From assembly GCA_040954595.2 (NCBI GenBank), contig CM082592.2:6551531-6615530 (forward strand): DNA of 64,000 bases, read 5' to 3'. The notes beneath the pieces were generated by a model. The model was not told the origin of the DNA, made no database searches, and worked only from the letters and a program-made list of their open reading frames with translations. The translations under genes were made by a program, and so were the position numbers. The stretch comes from Balanoglossus misakiensis (lineage: Eukaryota; Animalia; Hemichordata). Below, piece by piece: positions 46,901-58,995 of this stretch. Within the stretch, counting starts at the first letter, position 1, and each line of letters opens with the position of its first letter.

Positions 46901-47754
46901 ACTGATATGACGGCTTCTGCATGGCCTTCAATACTGCTTGTACACCTTGTGACTGCCCTGACTTTGAACACGGCTTGCGGTTGATAAATTATTTCTAAAA
47001 CTTTTTCTGTTTCCTGCTCTTCCTTTTCTAGGACGTCTTCTAGAGTGCCTGTGATTTCTGTTTCATTGACGAAAAATGAATACGGCGTCGTTTCTTCCTG
47101 AAAATGACAAAGGCATGTTCAAGAACATTCTGATCCGGGATGTTCAGTACTACATGTTAAGAAGTTGGTCATGCAGTCAAGGGAGAAATTTCATTGGAAT
47201 ACCATTAAAATTGATAAATTTGCTGTCTGTTACCTTTTGAAGTAGAGCATTACAAACTAATTGTAATTTATCCTTTGTGATATTTGTGGGGAGATCAAAA
47301 GGAGTTCCAGTTGGTTCACCATCTTCACTGACAAACTGAGCCAACAGCCTCTTTGTATCTTCTTGTTCACTGAAAGGAACAAAAGTAAACATTTACAACA
47401 CTTGCACTGTTTTGTCAAACAGGTCATCGATATAGGTTAGCAGCTTTCCAGAGACAGTCTATGGGCACATTTGAAGTTCTGTGAATACACTCACCATTTG
47501 TGTGTGTGTTAGTAGTGTTAGGCCAGCCCATATCCATGGGCTTTCCCAACTTGCATTTGTTTAAATACCCCAAGGAGTTACCACAGCTCCATCATATCCA
47601 AATGCTGATGTACATATCATGATTCCAGTAAAATCTGTGCTTCATATTTCAAATCGCTATAAACTGAAGAATCACATACACATTAAAACTACCTGTACAT
47701 TACTTTCAAAAGAGACAATTTCACCGTTCTGTGAAATGTCGATATTTACCCCAT
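43969..47754 (-). CDS. NLE1: Notchless homolog 1 (NLE domain + WD40; 60S biogenesis, yeast Rsa4), ~478 aa, 13 coding exons
   Basis: Exons (-): 47754-47750 (ATGGG, tentative), 47369-47234, 47097-46880, 46762-46683, 46509-46433, 46190-46056, 45822-45667, 45490-45355, 45207-45161, 44987-44785, 44525-44483, 44308-44121, 43981-43969 (1437 nt). Motifs: [105 protein letters not shown]. Confidence 0.96.
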
Positions 47755-48178
47755 TTCACGTGGTCAGCCTGATCAGCTGACTTGTCTTCCTTTGCAATGT
47801 TGTGTCCACACGTATGATTATTGGAGTAAAGAGTTGTCAACTATCAGTCGCGAATTTAGACCCCCTAACTTATTAAAAATAATAAACTTGGTGTATTTCC
47901 ATTATTTTCCCAAGAAATTACCCGGAATTTCACGACATTCGTTATGGTATACCTGTTAGATTACTTGGATATTCTTGCATATGTATTTTCTGTACATATA
48001 TCGCAATTTCATGCAGCAGATATTTGTTTTGTCGAAAGGTCAAAGGTTATACTAGTGTAATGTGCGTTTCCTGAGGTGGGAATGGAGTACGAAAGCTGAG
48101 CAGGACTGGAATCTTCCTTGTTATTGGTGCATTTAGCTTCCTTTTATTGTAACAGTCACTTTGATTAAACACCGAGTT
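47755..48178. promoter_or_regulatory. Bidirectional promoter, NLE1 (-) / MRPL18 (+)
   Basis: The divergent start codons are ~425 bp apart. E-box CACGTG at 47757; DR1 AGGTCA-A-AGGTTA at 48037; local CpG enrichment. Confidence 0.7.
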
Positions 48179-48607
48179 ATGGCTTGGAACCATCTCCGGA
48201 CAACGGCAACTTTTACCCCACCATTTCTGAGATCACTTGGCAGAGAAGCTCACTTGTGCAGGAGATCATCGAAATTAGCAACATGTCAGTCGTCTCGTTG
48301 TAACATCAGACTTTTTGAAAAACAGGAACACAAAACGTATACGAACTGCAACAGCTATTCCTCGGGAGCGCCACTTTCCCAACAAGTGGAAAGCCGAGAG
48401 CAAAAACTGTCTGAGAACGATGAGGTGTCACCAAATTTCATCAACAGAAACCCAAGAAATTTGGAGAGGATGGCTTTAGCATACAAGGATAAGGGTTGGG
48501 ACTGCAGTTATCCAAGGAGAGACTACTGGCATAGGTATGGAGTGGACTTTGTGTGCAAATCAGTCAATGCACCCATTTGGTTGTATTTCAAGCATTGTTT
48601 TGACAGC

Positions 48608-48661
<54 letters not shown>

Positions 48662-49263
48662 GATTTTTAGACATATACATGTACTGACTAAACTTTTTTT
48701 CTAAATTTTTGTAGGCTTATCGTTGAACAAAGTAACAGACACATAACAGCCTACGTGGAACACAACAACGGCCATCGTGTAATCTCTGCATCAACTAAGG
48801 AATGGGCGATCAAAAAACAACTTTATGCACTAAATGATGTGTCAGCTGCTGACAGCATAGGCAGAGTACTGGCTCAGCGATGTCTTGAAGCTGGCATTAG
48901 CTATGTGAATTGGCGTATTCTTGATGAGGTGTTTTCAACAGAAAAGGTAATATTCTGAACTCCCAGACCCCATATACCTGCAAGTTGGTTAGGGTCCAAT
49001 AGGGATTTATTGATATCATGCTGTCTTGGGTCAATTCGGTTCCTATTTTCAACTAACAAGAAGTCTGGTCTGTTCACAATCCTCATGCAATATTTTAAGT
49101 ATTCTGAAATAATGTTGCCGTTCTTGTCTTTTTTCAGATTCAGAAGCTCAGAGCTGCAGCACAAGATGAAGGCTTGGTTCTGACAGAGCCAAGGGCTATA
49201 GTTGATTTCAACAGGCCAATCAACTACTTTCCCGACATGGACCACGATGAGAAGAAGTTGTAG
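48179..49263 (+). CDS. MRPL18: Mitochondrial ribosomal protein uL18m, ~237 aa, 3 coding exons
   Basis: Exons: 48179-48534, 48715-48946, 49138-49263 (714 nt). Motifs: [69 protein letters not shown]. The Arg/Ser-rich N-terminus is compatible with a mitochondrial presequence. Confidence 0.93.
48611..48661. repeat. (ATC)17 microsatellite in MRPL18 intron
   Basis: Read directly; it lies after the donor at 48535, so the poly-Ile in the ORF track is intronic. Confidence 0.97.
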
Positions 49264-50252
49264 AAAGTGATCTGATGACCAGCAGTGCGATGAATCTCCT
49301 GCCTTCTCTCCATGGTTGGTGGGTGTCAAACACCAGACATTTCACCCAAGGAATTTCGATTCTCATACAATTGTGACTTGTTGTGTTTTCCATAAATCTG
49401 ATGCAGTGACTGACTTATTTTCATTTTCAATAAAAGATGTAGATTCAATTAATTGCTTGTGTGTGTTGCTTTGGCATAAAAGATATCCAGTTTCTGGAAA
49501 AGAGACAGCATTGATTGAGACGCATACACACCGAGTGAAATGTGAGCAAGAAGAATGGATTTTTTTTTTGCATTTCGGGCCTATAGAGGGCGATGTTACA
49601 ACGCTGCAGTTAAAATATGGGGGTCAAAGGTCGTAATATGCATAAAAAGATGGACGACTTCGAGAAGAAGTGAAACCTGTGGTGTTTTGAAAACAACCTG
49701 TTCAAACAACAGTATTGCATCTTTATTCAGAGAAATGAATCGGACGAAGTGTACCCATAAAGCTCTTTTTAACCAGTCAGCGTACTGACTGGCCATCGAA
49801 GAGTAGCTATTTAGGTGCGTACGTAGACTTTTGATAATATATATTTTTTTGTAATGACGTGTCGTCATCGTCGCCCTCCCACATCACATTGTGAGCGCGC
49901 AGTGTCAACCTTACTTACACGAAATACATTTTTATCGCCCTCAGTTGTTCCACAGAACAAATAGAACCATGTTTGTTGCGCACGGCAATAACAGAGCTGG
50001 TTAGCCTAACCCGAATAATTACACCATTTCTGAAAAAGAAGAAACATGCAAATACTTGTAGTACATCCTCCAGGGACATGCTGTGTGTGCGTGATAACTG
50101 ATATGCCTGGTTTCGGGTCATTGGTACCAGTTTGACCCTCAGACTGAATTACGAATTTCCTGGTGTCCTCTATATATCAACCTCACCTCAACCTCTTTTT
50201 TTCCGTCCGCAGGTACATTATTTGCGATAAACAGTCACACTAAAAGGAAACC

Positions 50253-53200
50253 ATGGGATGTAAAATAATTGACAACACGAAGGGTTTCATTTTAACCCGC
50301 CCACCATTGGTTGTATTTATATTGTGCGTGGGCTCCTTTGCAGTTGCCATGGTAACGCTAGCATACTATGTGAAAATTCACCAGATACAGGATCCCGATA
50401 TAGCACAGGTTGGTAATCACTGAACCGTAAAAACTGCTTTATCTTTGATATTATTTCAATATATGACGCTACCACCAGCAGTAGATGTACAACGTCATTT
50501 TGACAGGTTTATTAGGTGTAGCTTTAAGTACAATGTACATTTTTATGACAAACGTCAGTTTTTCACATTACATGTATCATACTGAGGAAAACTGCATCCT
50601 GTTGAAAATATTTTGCAACAGAAATTATATTCCAGATTTTATTCCTTGTGTGCACATATGCCATGATGAGTTGGCGGATGAAGATTCTTTGAAAGAAATT
50701 CTTTCTATACATTCTCCTGCTGCCATGGTTACACCTGGGAAATGAAGAAAATGAAACCATTATTAGTATTACATATATGTACAATGAAGGCCATCACAAA
50801 TAAAAAATAATTATTTTCCAATACCACTGACCGAGAAACTAATTAGAAAATGGTGGTTTTATTTGCATTATGTCCTGTTCTGTTGTTTGCCATCTTCATG
50901 CAGTCTGCTTCATGTGGTGAGTGGGCAGGCTTTAGGAATTGTGATGAGCCAAAGATTCCCCCCCCCCCTTTCACCACAATGGTTTGCTCAGTCTCCATTG
51001 TTCTCAATGGAACTTTTGCACCTTTGTACCAGGAAATGGGGGATCTCTAGTCAACTGTTGAATGGCTTCTGAATTTTGCTAGTGTCGCTAGAAAATTAAA
51101 CAATTCAGTTTGAATTTTTGTAATTTTGAGACATGATATGCTGAAATACCTCCTCAATGCTATGTGTAAGCCTGGAATATCTGCCTTGTCTGACAAACTC
51201 CCTGAGTCAATATGGGATTTTTTTAACAAGAATCTTCAAAATATGTTCCCATATGTCAATACATGTTCTATGGATCATTTCTGTGACCTGGACTCTGATA
51301 TATTTGAGGGTAAAATCACCATGAAATGCACCCCTTGTGTGCCGAGCACTCTAATATATTTGGTGGTAAATATATGCACAGAGTGCAGCATGCAGAGCAG
51401 ATCAATTGCTCCCAGTGTGAATGGTCACTACTGTCAGAAACGCATGAGACCCAGCTGGAGGTGCCATTGTTAATTTGTAACTGCCGAGCATAGTACACTT
51501 AATCGATATTAACGCCCAGAAGGCAGTCATGCAGGGTGACGTCAAGTGGCATATTGAAATCATGATATGTGTTTCTGATTCTGCATGAGTTGTGCAGTGT
51601 AGTTTTATTTGGCATTTTATTTTTCAACCTTTCATCTCAATGATTTATTAGCATTGACACACTTTTAGACTGTTGCAAAGCGAGTGAGCTCCTGGGTCAT
51701 TGTATGCAAATGACACCCAAAGTTGTTAGGTCAAGTTATTGAACAGATTATGTTCCAGTAACGTCAGTTTTGAAATTAAATACACAAATATCTCACTTTT
51801 CTATTGACTTTGTGACCACAGTCTTGTAATGGATGCTCTTTTACAACTTGCATTCCCAATGATTTCTTTTGCAGGACTGGAACTCATTCCTGACCCACTT
51901 CTCAAACATCAGATTTTGTGCATCACGGAATGAGACGGAGGACCACTGGGGCTCACTGGATAATGTCACCGGCACGACTGCGTCCAGTTCAACGTCAAAG
52001 AATCTTCATACAGACATTCTTGAGTATGAACCCGTGAGGAATTACTCTTTTATGATAAAGCTGGTCCTGAGACCCATGCACAATTTTGTTCCATTTTCTC
52101 ATAATATTACCCACTTTCTCGGAAGTGTGTACGGATACCAGCTGGGTTTGGAAGGTAAGGAGACTTCAATTCCACTGATCAGGGTGAATGTTTGGCACAG
52201 ATTGAGGATTGGATAAATGTTTTTGCACAGAGGGAGGATTTTGACTTGAAAGTGCAAGTCATATGAACAGTTCTAATGTGCATATAATTATTTTATGCAA
52301 ATAAGTAAAGAAATGCAAGTTGAGTTTTGAACTCCACCTGAATGACATATAATTATTCATCTTCTGCATGTAATTTGATGATTACATATTGAATGTCAGG
52401 AAGGAGACCTCTTTTTTATTTTGGATAGTAAGACTCCAAGATCCTGGTAATTGTTGGGATTTTATCAATGGATCAATGGAAAAGTGTCAGTCAGGCTTTC
52501 ATTGTCTCATCTTTCGACATTATCTTCTGGTAAATTTCCGGCTTTTAGTCTGTTGAGCCTTGGGCCCAGATGTAAATGCAGTAACGGAAACATTTGGCAC
52601 AGAGGCAAGAATATTAGAGATAATGTTTACATTACGCCATAGCTACACCTTGTTGTAAATTCACCAATATTTTTATTGGCTCTGATTTCAGGAGGTGAAG
52701 CTGATGAACAAGTGAACATCACCTTTGAACTCCCGGATAGCTGGCACAGCCAGAAGTGCCAAAGAGACAGGAAGGGCTCCTGTAAACAGATTGAATTCAC
52801 TACATGTTTGACGCTGGTGGCATCGCCTACAGTGTTTCCCACCACCAGGTGAGTTGCCCATTTAAAGGTGGAGTGCGCCTCGAAATTGTTAGCGAGTAGT
52901 AATGAGGGAAAATGGCTATGTGGGTTTTGGTAAAATAGTAGAACATACAGTACACTGGTAATTCTATGGGGAAATGTTATAACATGGCGAATGTTAACAT
53001 AATGGGGCCATTTTCCAACACTGCTTACTTGGGGGAAATTGTGCACATGATCCACAAATGTATCTTTCTTCACACAGGCGACCAGCAAGCTGTAACGCAA
53101 CAGAAAGCCCAAGAGAGTATCACATGTCCTGGTTGTCAAACACGGTTCCCATGTACGACAGCCAGTGGTGTAGATATGGAGCAGCTGCCTTTGCATATCA

Positions 53201-54196
53201 CCCTGACAACCCCAATCTGACACCCATGCTATCAGCTGTAAGTGTATCCTGCAAAAATGGGCCACTGATTTATCAATAGTTAAACTTAAAGGTTAGAGGT
53301 CAAACAGTCTTACACCAGGTGGGGCAATACCATGGTATGTGTGTGCTAATTCCAGCGATTGTTATCTGGTAATGGTGTATGTAGGTCAGTATTCTTGCTT
53401 TGACTTTGGAGATATGGTATGTGTACAGATAATGTCTGTGATATGGATCTGGACTGAGTGACAAGATAGTTGAATGCACTGTGTAAAATGATATGCTTGG
53501 TGAGCAGACTGGAATGCTCTTTTCAAAAAATGATGTGCAGTTATAATGATGTGCCCGAAGGAGAAATTGGTCAAAAAAGTGTCATCATTACTTTATAGCT
53601 TCAGGTACTTTAGTGGCAATATTGGTCAGCAGAATTACACTGACATAGCGATACGTTAGACTGACTGTCTTAGCCTTTGGCACCAATTCTTGACTGATAT
53701 CAACATTACTCCTTTCTCCACAGACTGATCGGTCACTGGTCAATTTACATTTGATGCATACCAGCTATTTTCTTTTTGTGATGGTGATCACCGCCCTGTG
53801 TTATGCAATAATCAAAGGAAGACCAGTGAAAGCCAGGTCAAATGGATCTGTAGACAAGAAGGTGTGCATTTTATTTTGACTAGTACCGGTGGTCAATTCA
53901 AATAAACATAATCCTTGCATTTATGATTCCGGTAGAAAGTTGTGAATGAGCATGCAGATGATGGTAAAGTACAGCAGATCTTGAACGACCAGATCTACCA
54001 ATTTCACTTCACTTTAGAAAAAAACAATCTACCACTTCATGGACAGGTGTTGCATATCTGACTACATGCATTTCCAAGAATGCCCACACAGAACAATTTG
54101 CCAATGTTCGTTCTATATATTGTGTTCGCAATGAGATCTGTCACGATGCTAAAAGTATGTTCACCTTCTATTTTGCAGTCACTTATTCATGCTTAG
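50253..54196 (+). CDS. TMEM248: Transmembrane protein 248 (TMEM219/248 family), ~302 aa, 6 coding exons
   Basis: Exons: 50253-50408, 51875-52154, 52692-52848, 53078-53237, 53724-53861, 54179-54196 (909 nt). Matches recalled TMEM248 motifs: RPPLVVF, DWNSFL..F, NITHF...V.GYQLGL.G, VNITF.LP, DRSLVNLHLMHTSYFLFVMVIT..CYAIIKGRP. A candidate 5'UTR intron runs from donor AG|GTGCGT (49814/5) to the acceptor at 50212. Confidence 0.9.
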
Positions 54197-57100
54197 TCAG
54201 GAAAGGGATCCAGTGGTTTGACGTGCACCAATACAGAAGAGTTGGCCTGTACAGAATTGCACCTCATTTGCTCTGACGTGAAAGTAGAGAGCTGCGCCAT
54301 CTCACTTATAGTGTCTTGATGCCTTTACATGAACTTATGTACTCGTAATATTTGTATCGACTGTATGGAAAATGTTACTTGGCCACCTCTGCTGACATAT
54401 TAAACAAAGAGGTGTATTTCTACTGAGTGGGTTAATGCAAGAAAGAGCAAAGTTTATTAATTACTAGCCGAGCTGCTTTTTCAGAGAAATAGTTGGATTA
54501 GGACATATTTTGTATGTTTCTGGTATCACCGTTAAGTCACCAAATTGAAAAGTCACCGGTAAATACTGATAAGCCAAAATTAATCAACTTTGTCACTTTT
54601 TGAGTTTTGTTCCCTGTGTATGTGAATAGATTGTGATTGACGTGAAATATTTGCTTACCGTTTGTGTTTTATGCATTGCCATTTGTTTACTTCAGGTTCC
54701 TCCAGGCTGTTTTTTTTTTATTTTTTTTTTTTTGCAATATAGGCCTTACCTGTTCATCTGCAATCTGAGTTAATTGCTATCTCACACAATAATGGCATCA
54801 TCTTTCTTGCCTGCCTCATCTTTCATCATTTTTCCTCTTTTTCATTTATTCCTTCTGGACAGTTTTATGTCCCTAATGTGACATTTTAGTTGCAGTGTAT
54901 ATCAGGGACGTTTCCCTGTACTCCTATGATGCTGGGAAGTGATGCACAAGAACAGTGAAGACATTTTTTTAAACATTCAAGTGCCACCTGTAGTCCCCCA
55001 GAAATACTTGGTTTTTCATTGTATTCTGTTGTTTTTATAATTTACACAGCAAGTTGCATTGGTCTTATTTGTAGATTTGCCATTTATCTGATTGGAATTG
55101 TCATGTCTTGTTCTCTTCAAATAAAAATTGCCACCCATGACTGATCCATTTAAAATAAGTTGAGAGGGTGTGGGTGTGTGGAAACAGATCACCCTGATAT
55201 CGCAGGACCTCAGACTGCCAGAACTAATTCGCAAGACATGTATGCTAACTACAGAAGGAAGTCATGAAATAGTCAACATATTTCTTCTGTTTACATTGGG
55301 CTGTCGACCTTTTTACCCAGAATGCAATTATAATGCGATTTGACCCCTTAGCACAAAGTGAAAACCTATCCAAGGCATGTGTCCACCAGAGATATCGGTA
55401 CCAAAACAGCTGCCATGCGTGAACAAAGGAGCAAAAATTGTACAGACACGCAGGATTTTTTAAACAGTCACGAAATGTGTAAAGGCCTATTTAAAAATAA
55501 CGAAGCTTGTGCGACAGTAAGCCTTCACTAATCTTTGAAACAGACGTTGTGCCACAAATGTAATATCAACGTACCTGTGTTTAAGAGCATTGTTGAGTTG
55601 TGTGAATTCGGAAGTAACTAACGCCGCAGTTTCAATAATTTATCTCCAATTGCTGCGTACTTCACTGATCGATAGTTTATAACCTTGAAGAGTTCCGCGA
55701 TATGTACGTCATTACAGCTTACTTTCAGACCGACTTAATTACGAGATCGTCACGCCAAATGCATCGAAGTGGTTTCCGATTGGTTCGTACGCGAGCACAC
55801 GCTGTACAGCCTTTTATAATAGGATCACCACGACGAATCCCGGAAATTACAAGGATTTTGACGTCAGTTTTCCTAGTGTTGGACATGCATTTCACCCCTG
55901 GCCGTTCACGCAGTATCGTTTTTAATTGGCAAAATGAAAAGAACTAAACGGTCATGTTTCAATTTACATCCCCGTCATTTTAAACGAGGGGGAATTGTCG
56001 AGCATTGCCTTGAGGGTTGCGTTGCACACGACTTAGTTCTCGATTACAAAAATAAATTGCCTAGCGACCATTTTAATAAAGGAATACCACTTATATATTT
56101 GCGCATCATAAAAATGACGGACATAATACAAGGTTACTTTTCAGTGGTAGGTCTATTCTCGCACACCAAGTCGATTATGACAACCTGACAAACGATTGTT
56201 AGATTTCAGAACCGTGGCCTTCCCCGACTGATGACGAGCCAAAGCTGACGTGTACTTTGCCATATGTCGAATCGCTGATGTGGAATGCAGGTATGCTTTA
56301 TTGCTTATATGATGCACAGCCATGTTTTTGCTGGTACGGTATTTAATGTCCTTGTTTACATGGAAGATATAATTAATAGTGACCTTTCACAAACGTAGAA
56401 TACCTTTGGCAGAATTAAATTACAGGTATTAATGTTACCTACCTGTGGCCCATTCGCCATTTCTGCAAGCACTGAGACGTAATGTAATTTGCCACCACAA
56501 TGGAGACCTCCAATGAAGTGAAAATATTTTATTCGGAATAAGGCTTGGCGAAAAACCGTCACATACAACGAAACAGTAACACACAAGAAGGGCAAATCAT
56601 CCTTGCACCATTATGGAAAGGCTCCCACGCATTTACGTAGCAGGAACGTAGCTTGACAACAACCGGTTCGTTGTTTCCGTTTGAGCTATCCAGTTATCAC
56701 TACAACCATGGTTGTAATAAGATACCCTCCTTCGCACACAGTAGTACAGTCGCGCTTTCCACGATGCTTTCGTCAAAAAGGTCACATGACCTTCACCACA
56801 GCCTTTCATAACACATCACACAACATAGCTTAACGTGACATTGCTTTATAATAATGGCATAATACTAGTTTGTAGTACTCTAACGTAAGTCTATACAGAC
56901 CTGGAATTTTGATCACGTGGTTCTCATCTCATAACAAGATTACGTTGTCAAAATTATAACATGCACTTACTAATCTATGATCATACGTCTTTAAAAATTC
57001 ATCTCGATCTAACATGGGTGATAATTTCTCTCGTACATGTATTGTTAATACAATGTACATGAATACGATGACCCTGTTATGCAAAGTTGGTCGCCCTAGG

Positions 57101-57506
57101 GCGCGGGCGGTTCCGCAGGGTTACATGTAAAACTAGAAATGCAAATAAAAATTTAACAATATACCCTGCCGAACGTGCTACGAATCCAACCATGCTGAAG
57201 GCGGCGAAGTAATTCGGCGTGAATACAGTGACACCGGTTAAATAAAAACTATTTATCATGAGAACTGTTCGTTTTGCGCGATGATCTCGCTCGTATTTGG
57301 GTCCAATATCCAAACACTATGCAAAACCATGACGTGTGTGTACAAGAACGCCAGCGGATCCGCCATATTGTAATTTCGAAAAGTCTTCTTTCTTCTGTCT
57401 GGTCCGCCCAACGAAGCCAGATAGTGAATTGTCAACAGTGACATTAACGATGCAGGATCTGAAATTGTAAGAACATGATGTTACGTTACAAAAGAGCGAG
57501 CGCTTA

Positions 57507-58309
57507 GGCTGCATTCACAAACACCTCTGGAGGGGGGGGCGGGAGAATTCAATTTTTTTTACCGCTAATTTTCACATGCCCCCCTTCCGAACTGCCAATA
57601 TTTTCAAATCCCCCCCTTCCGAACTGCCAAAATTTTGAAATCCCCCCCCCCCATTTTCTTTCACAGAGCAAAACACATCACCTATCTATCTTGTAAAAAG
57701 AAAAACAGCGCTCCCATGAAAAGAATTTGAAACTGATGTTTCCCCTCATCAGTGGGTATTAAAACTGAACATTGTTTTTATTTTTTAAGTAGATATATTT
57801 GTATTCTGTGTTGGGAGACATTGTAAACCGAGAATTGAAGGGGGTGGGTTTGGGAGGGGGTGTCCCCCTCCCACGTAAGAAAATTTTCTAAAATACAGAG
57901 CTCAAAGCTGCATTTTAATGAACCCGGCAAAAGCAAATTAACTCAACTACCGGTATGTTGGGGAGGACAAATTTAACCGTCGCCGCTCAAAGTTATCATG
58001 GGGTGGGGCAAGTCCCCTGACCTGGGACACTAGATAAACCAGTCAATGATTGAAAGGTGTTGATGAATGGAGGGGGTGGGTGTGGGAGGGGGTGTCCCCC
58101 TCCCACATTAGAAAATTTTGTAAAATAAAGGGCGCGAAACTGCATTTTTGTGGACTCAAAATAAATATTTAGTCGTTAAAATTTTTCAAGTCCCCCCCTT
58201 TCAGTCCCTAAATTATTTCAAATCCCCCCCCTTACATACCCTCAATTTTTTCAAATCCCCCCCCTCAATTCTCCCGCCCCCCCCTCCAGAGGTGTTTGTG
58301 AATGCAGCC
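57507..58309. mobile_element. PIF/Harbinger MITE (803 bp) upstream of MORC2
   Basis: TTA|GGCTGCATTCACAAACACCTCTGGAGGGGGGGGCGGGAGAATT has a perfect ~43-bp inverted copy ending at 58309, followed by TTA. Subterminal TTTTCAAATCCCCCCC repeats are present. An internal direct repeat GGGGGTGGGT(T/G)TGGGAGGGGGTGTCCCC occurs at ~57840 and ~58072. Confidence 0.92.
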
Positions 58310-58995
58310 TTATGATATATTTTCCAGTTCTTCTCGCCCACATCCGCCCGTCTTCAACTTGCTGCGTAACCTTCATGGTGGTGTGCGTGCGGTGTACGCA
58401 CACTGTAAATAATAACAAGTTCATCCGCGTCTTGCGCACGTTTTTAATTTTCAAGAGATTTCACGGCACGAAAAATACACCCATGGTTAAGTATTGAAGT
58501 TCTGGTGATGCGTTTAGGTCATGAAATAACAGTCATGGGCTGATGGGATGTAAGACGCCAATATCCATGGCATATCCGATGCAATTTTCTGGTCCGTCGA
58601 CGCGTACTATTTTTAAGTGGTCACGAGACGCGGATGTGGAAATCCCTTTACAAGTTAGTGAATAGGCAGCTCATTTGCGATGCTGCTGTAATATGTTGAG
58701 GGTGACAGGCATGGCATCTATCAGAAGAATGGGTGAAGTTCATATGGAGTGATCGTGCCATCAAACAGTCTTTAATATAGGTTGGTTTGCACCTGGAAGT
58801 CTGTGTATGGTAGTCATCGCATGACAACAAGGAGAGTCCATAATACTGTCTTCATATTTGATCGCATTGCAGAGACACAGGAGTAGGCCTATATATATAT
58901 ACTGCGCCCTGTTTTAAAAACTGAAGCCAGGCAGATTTGACCTTCGACTGGTGGTATTCCTGCACATCACAACCCTTCTAGAAAATTCTGACAGA

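Noticed and set aside
48611-48670. Poly-isoleucine C-terminus on the MRPL18 ORF
   Set aside because: Intronic (ATC)n read-through past the donor at 48535.
52627-53265. 212-aa minus-strand ORF, the longest in the track
   Set aside because: Antisense to TMEM248 exons 3-4 and the intervening intron; no recognisable motif.
56225-56275. CTGATGA hammerhead-like core
   Set aside because: No GAAA after a valid stem II, and no stems I/III found.
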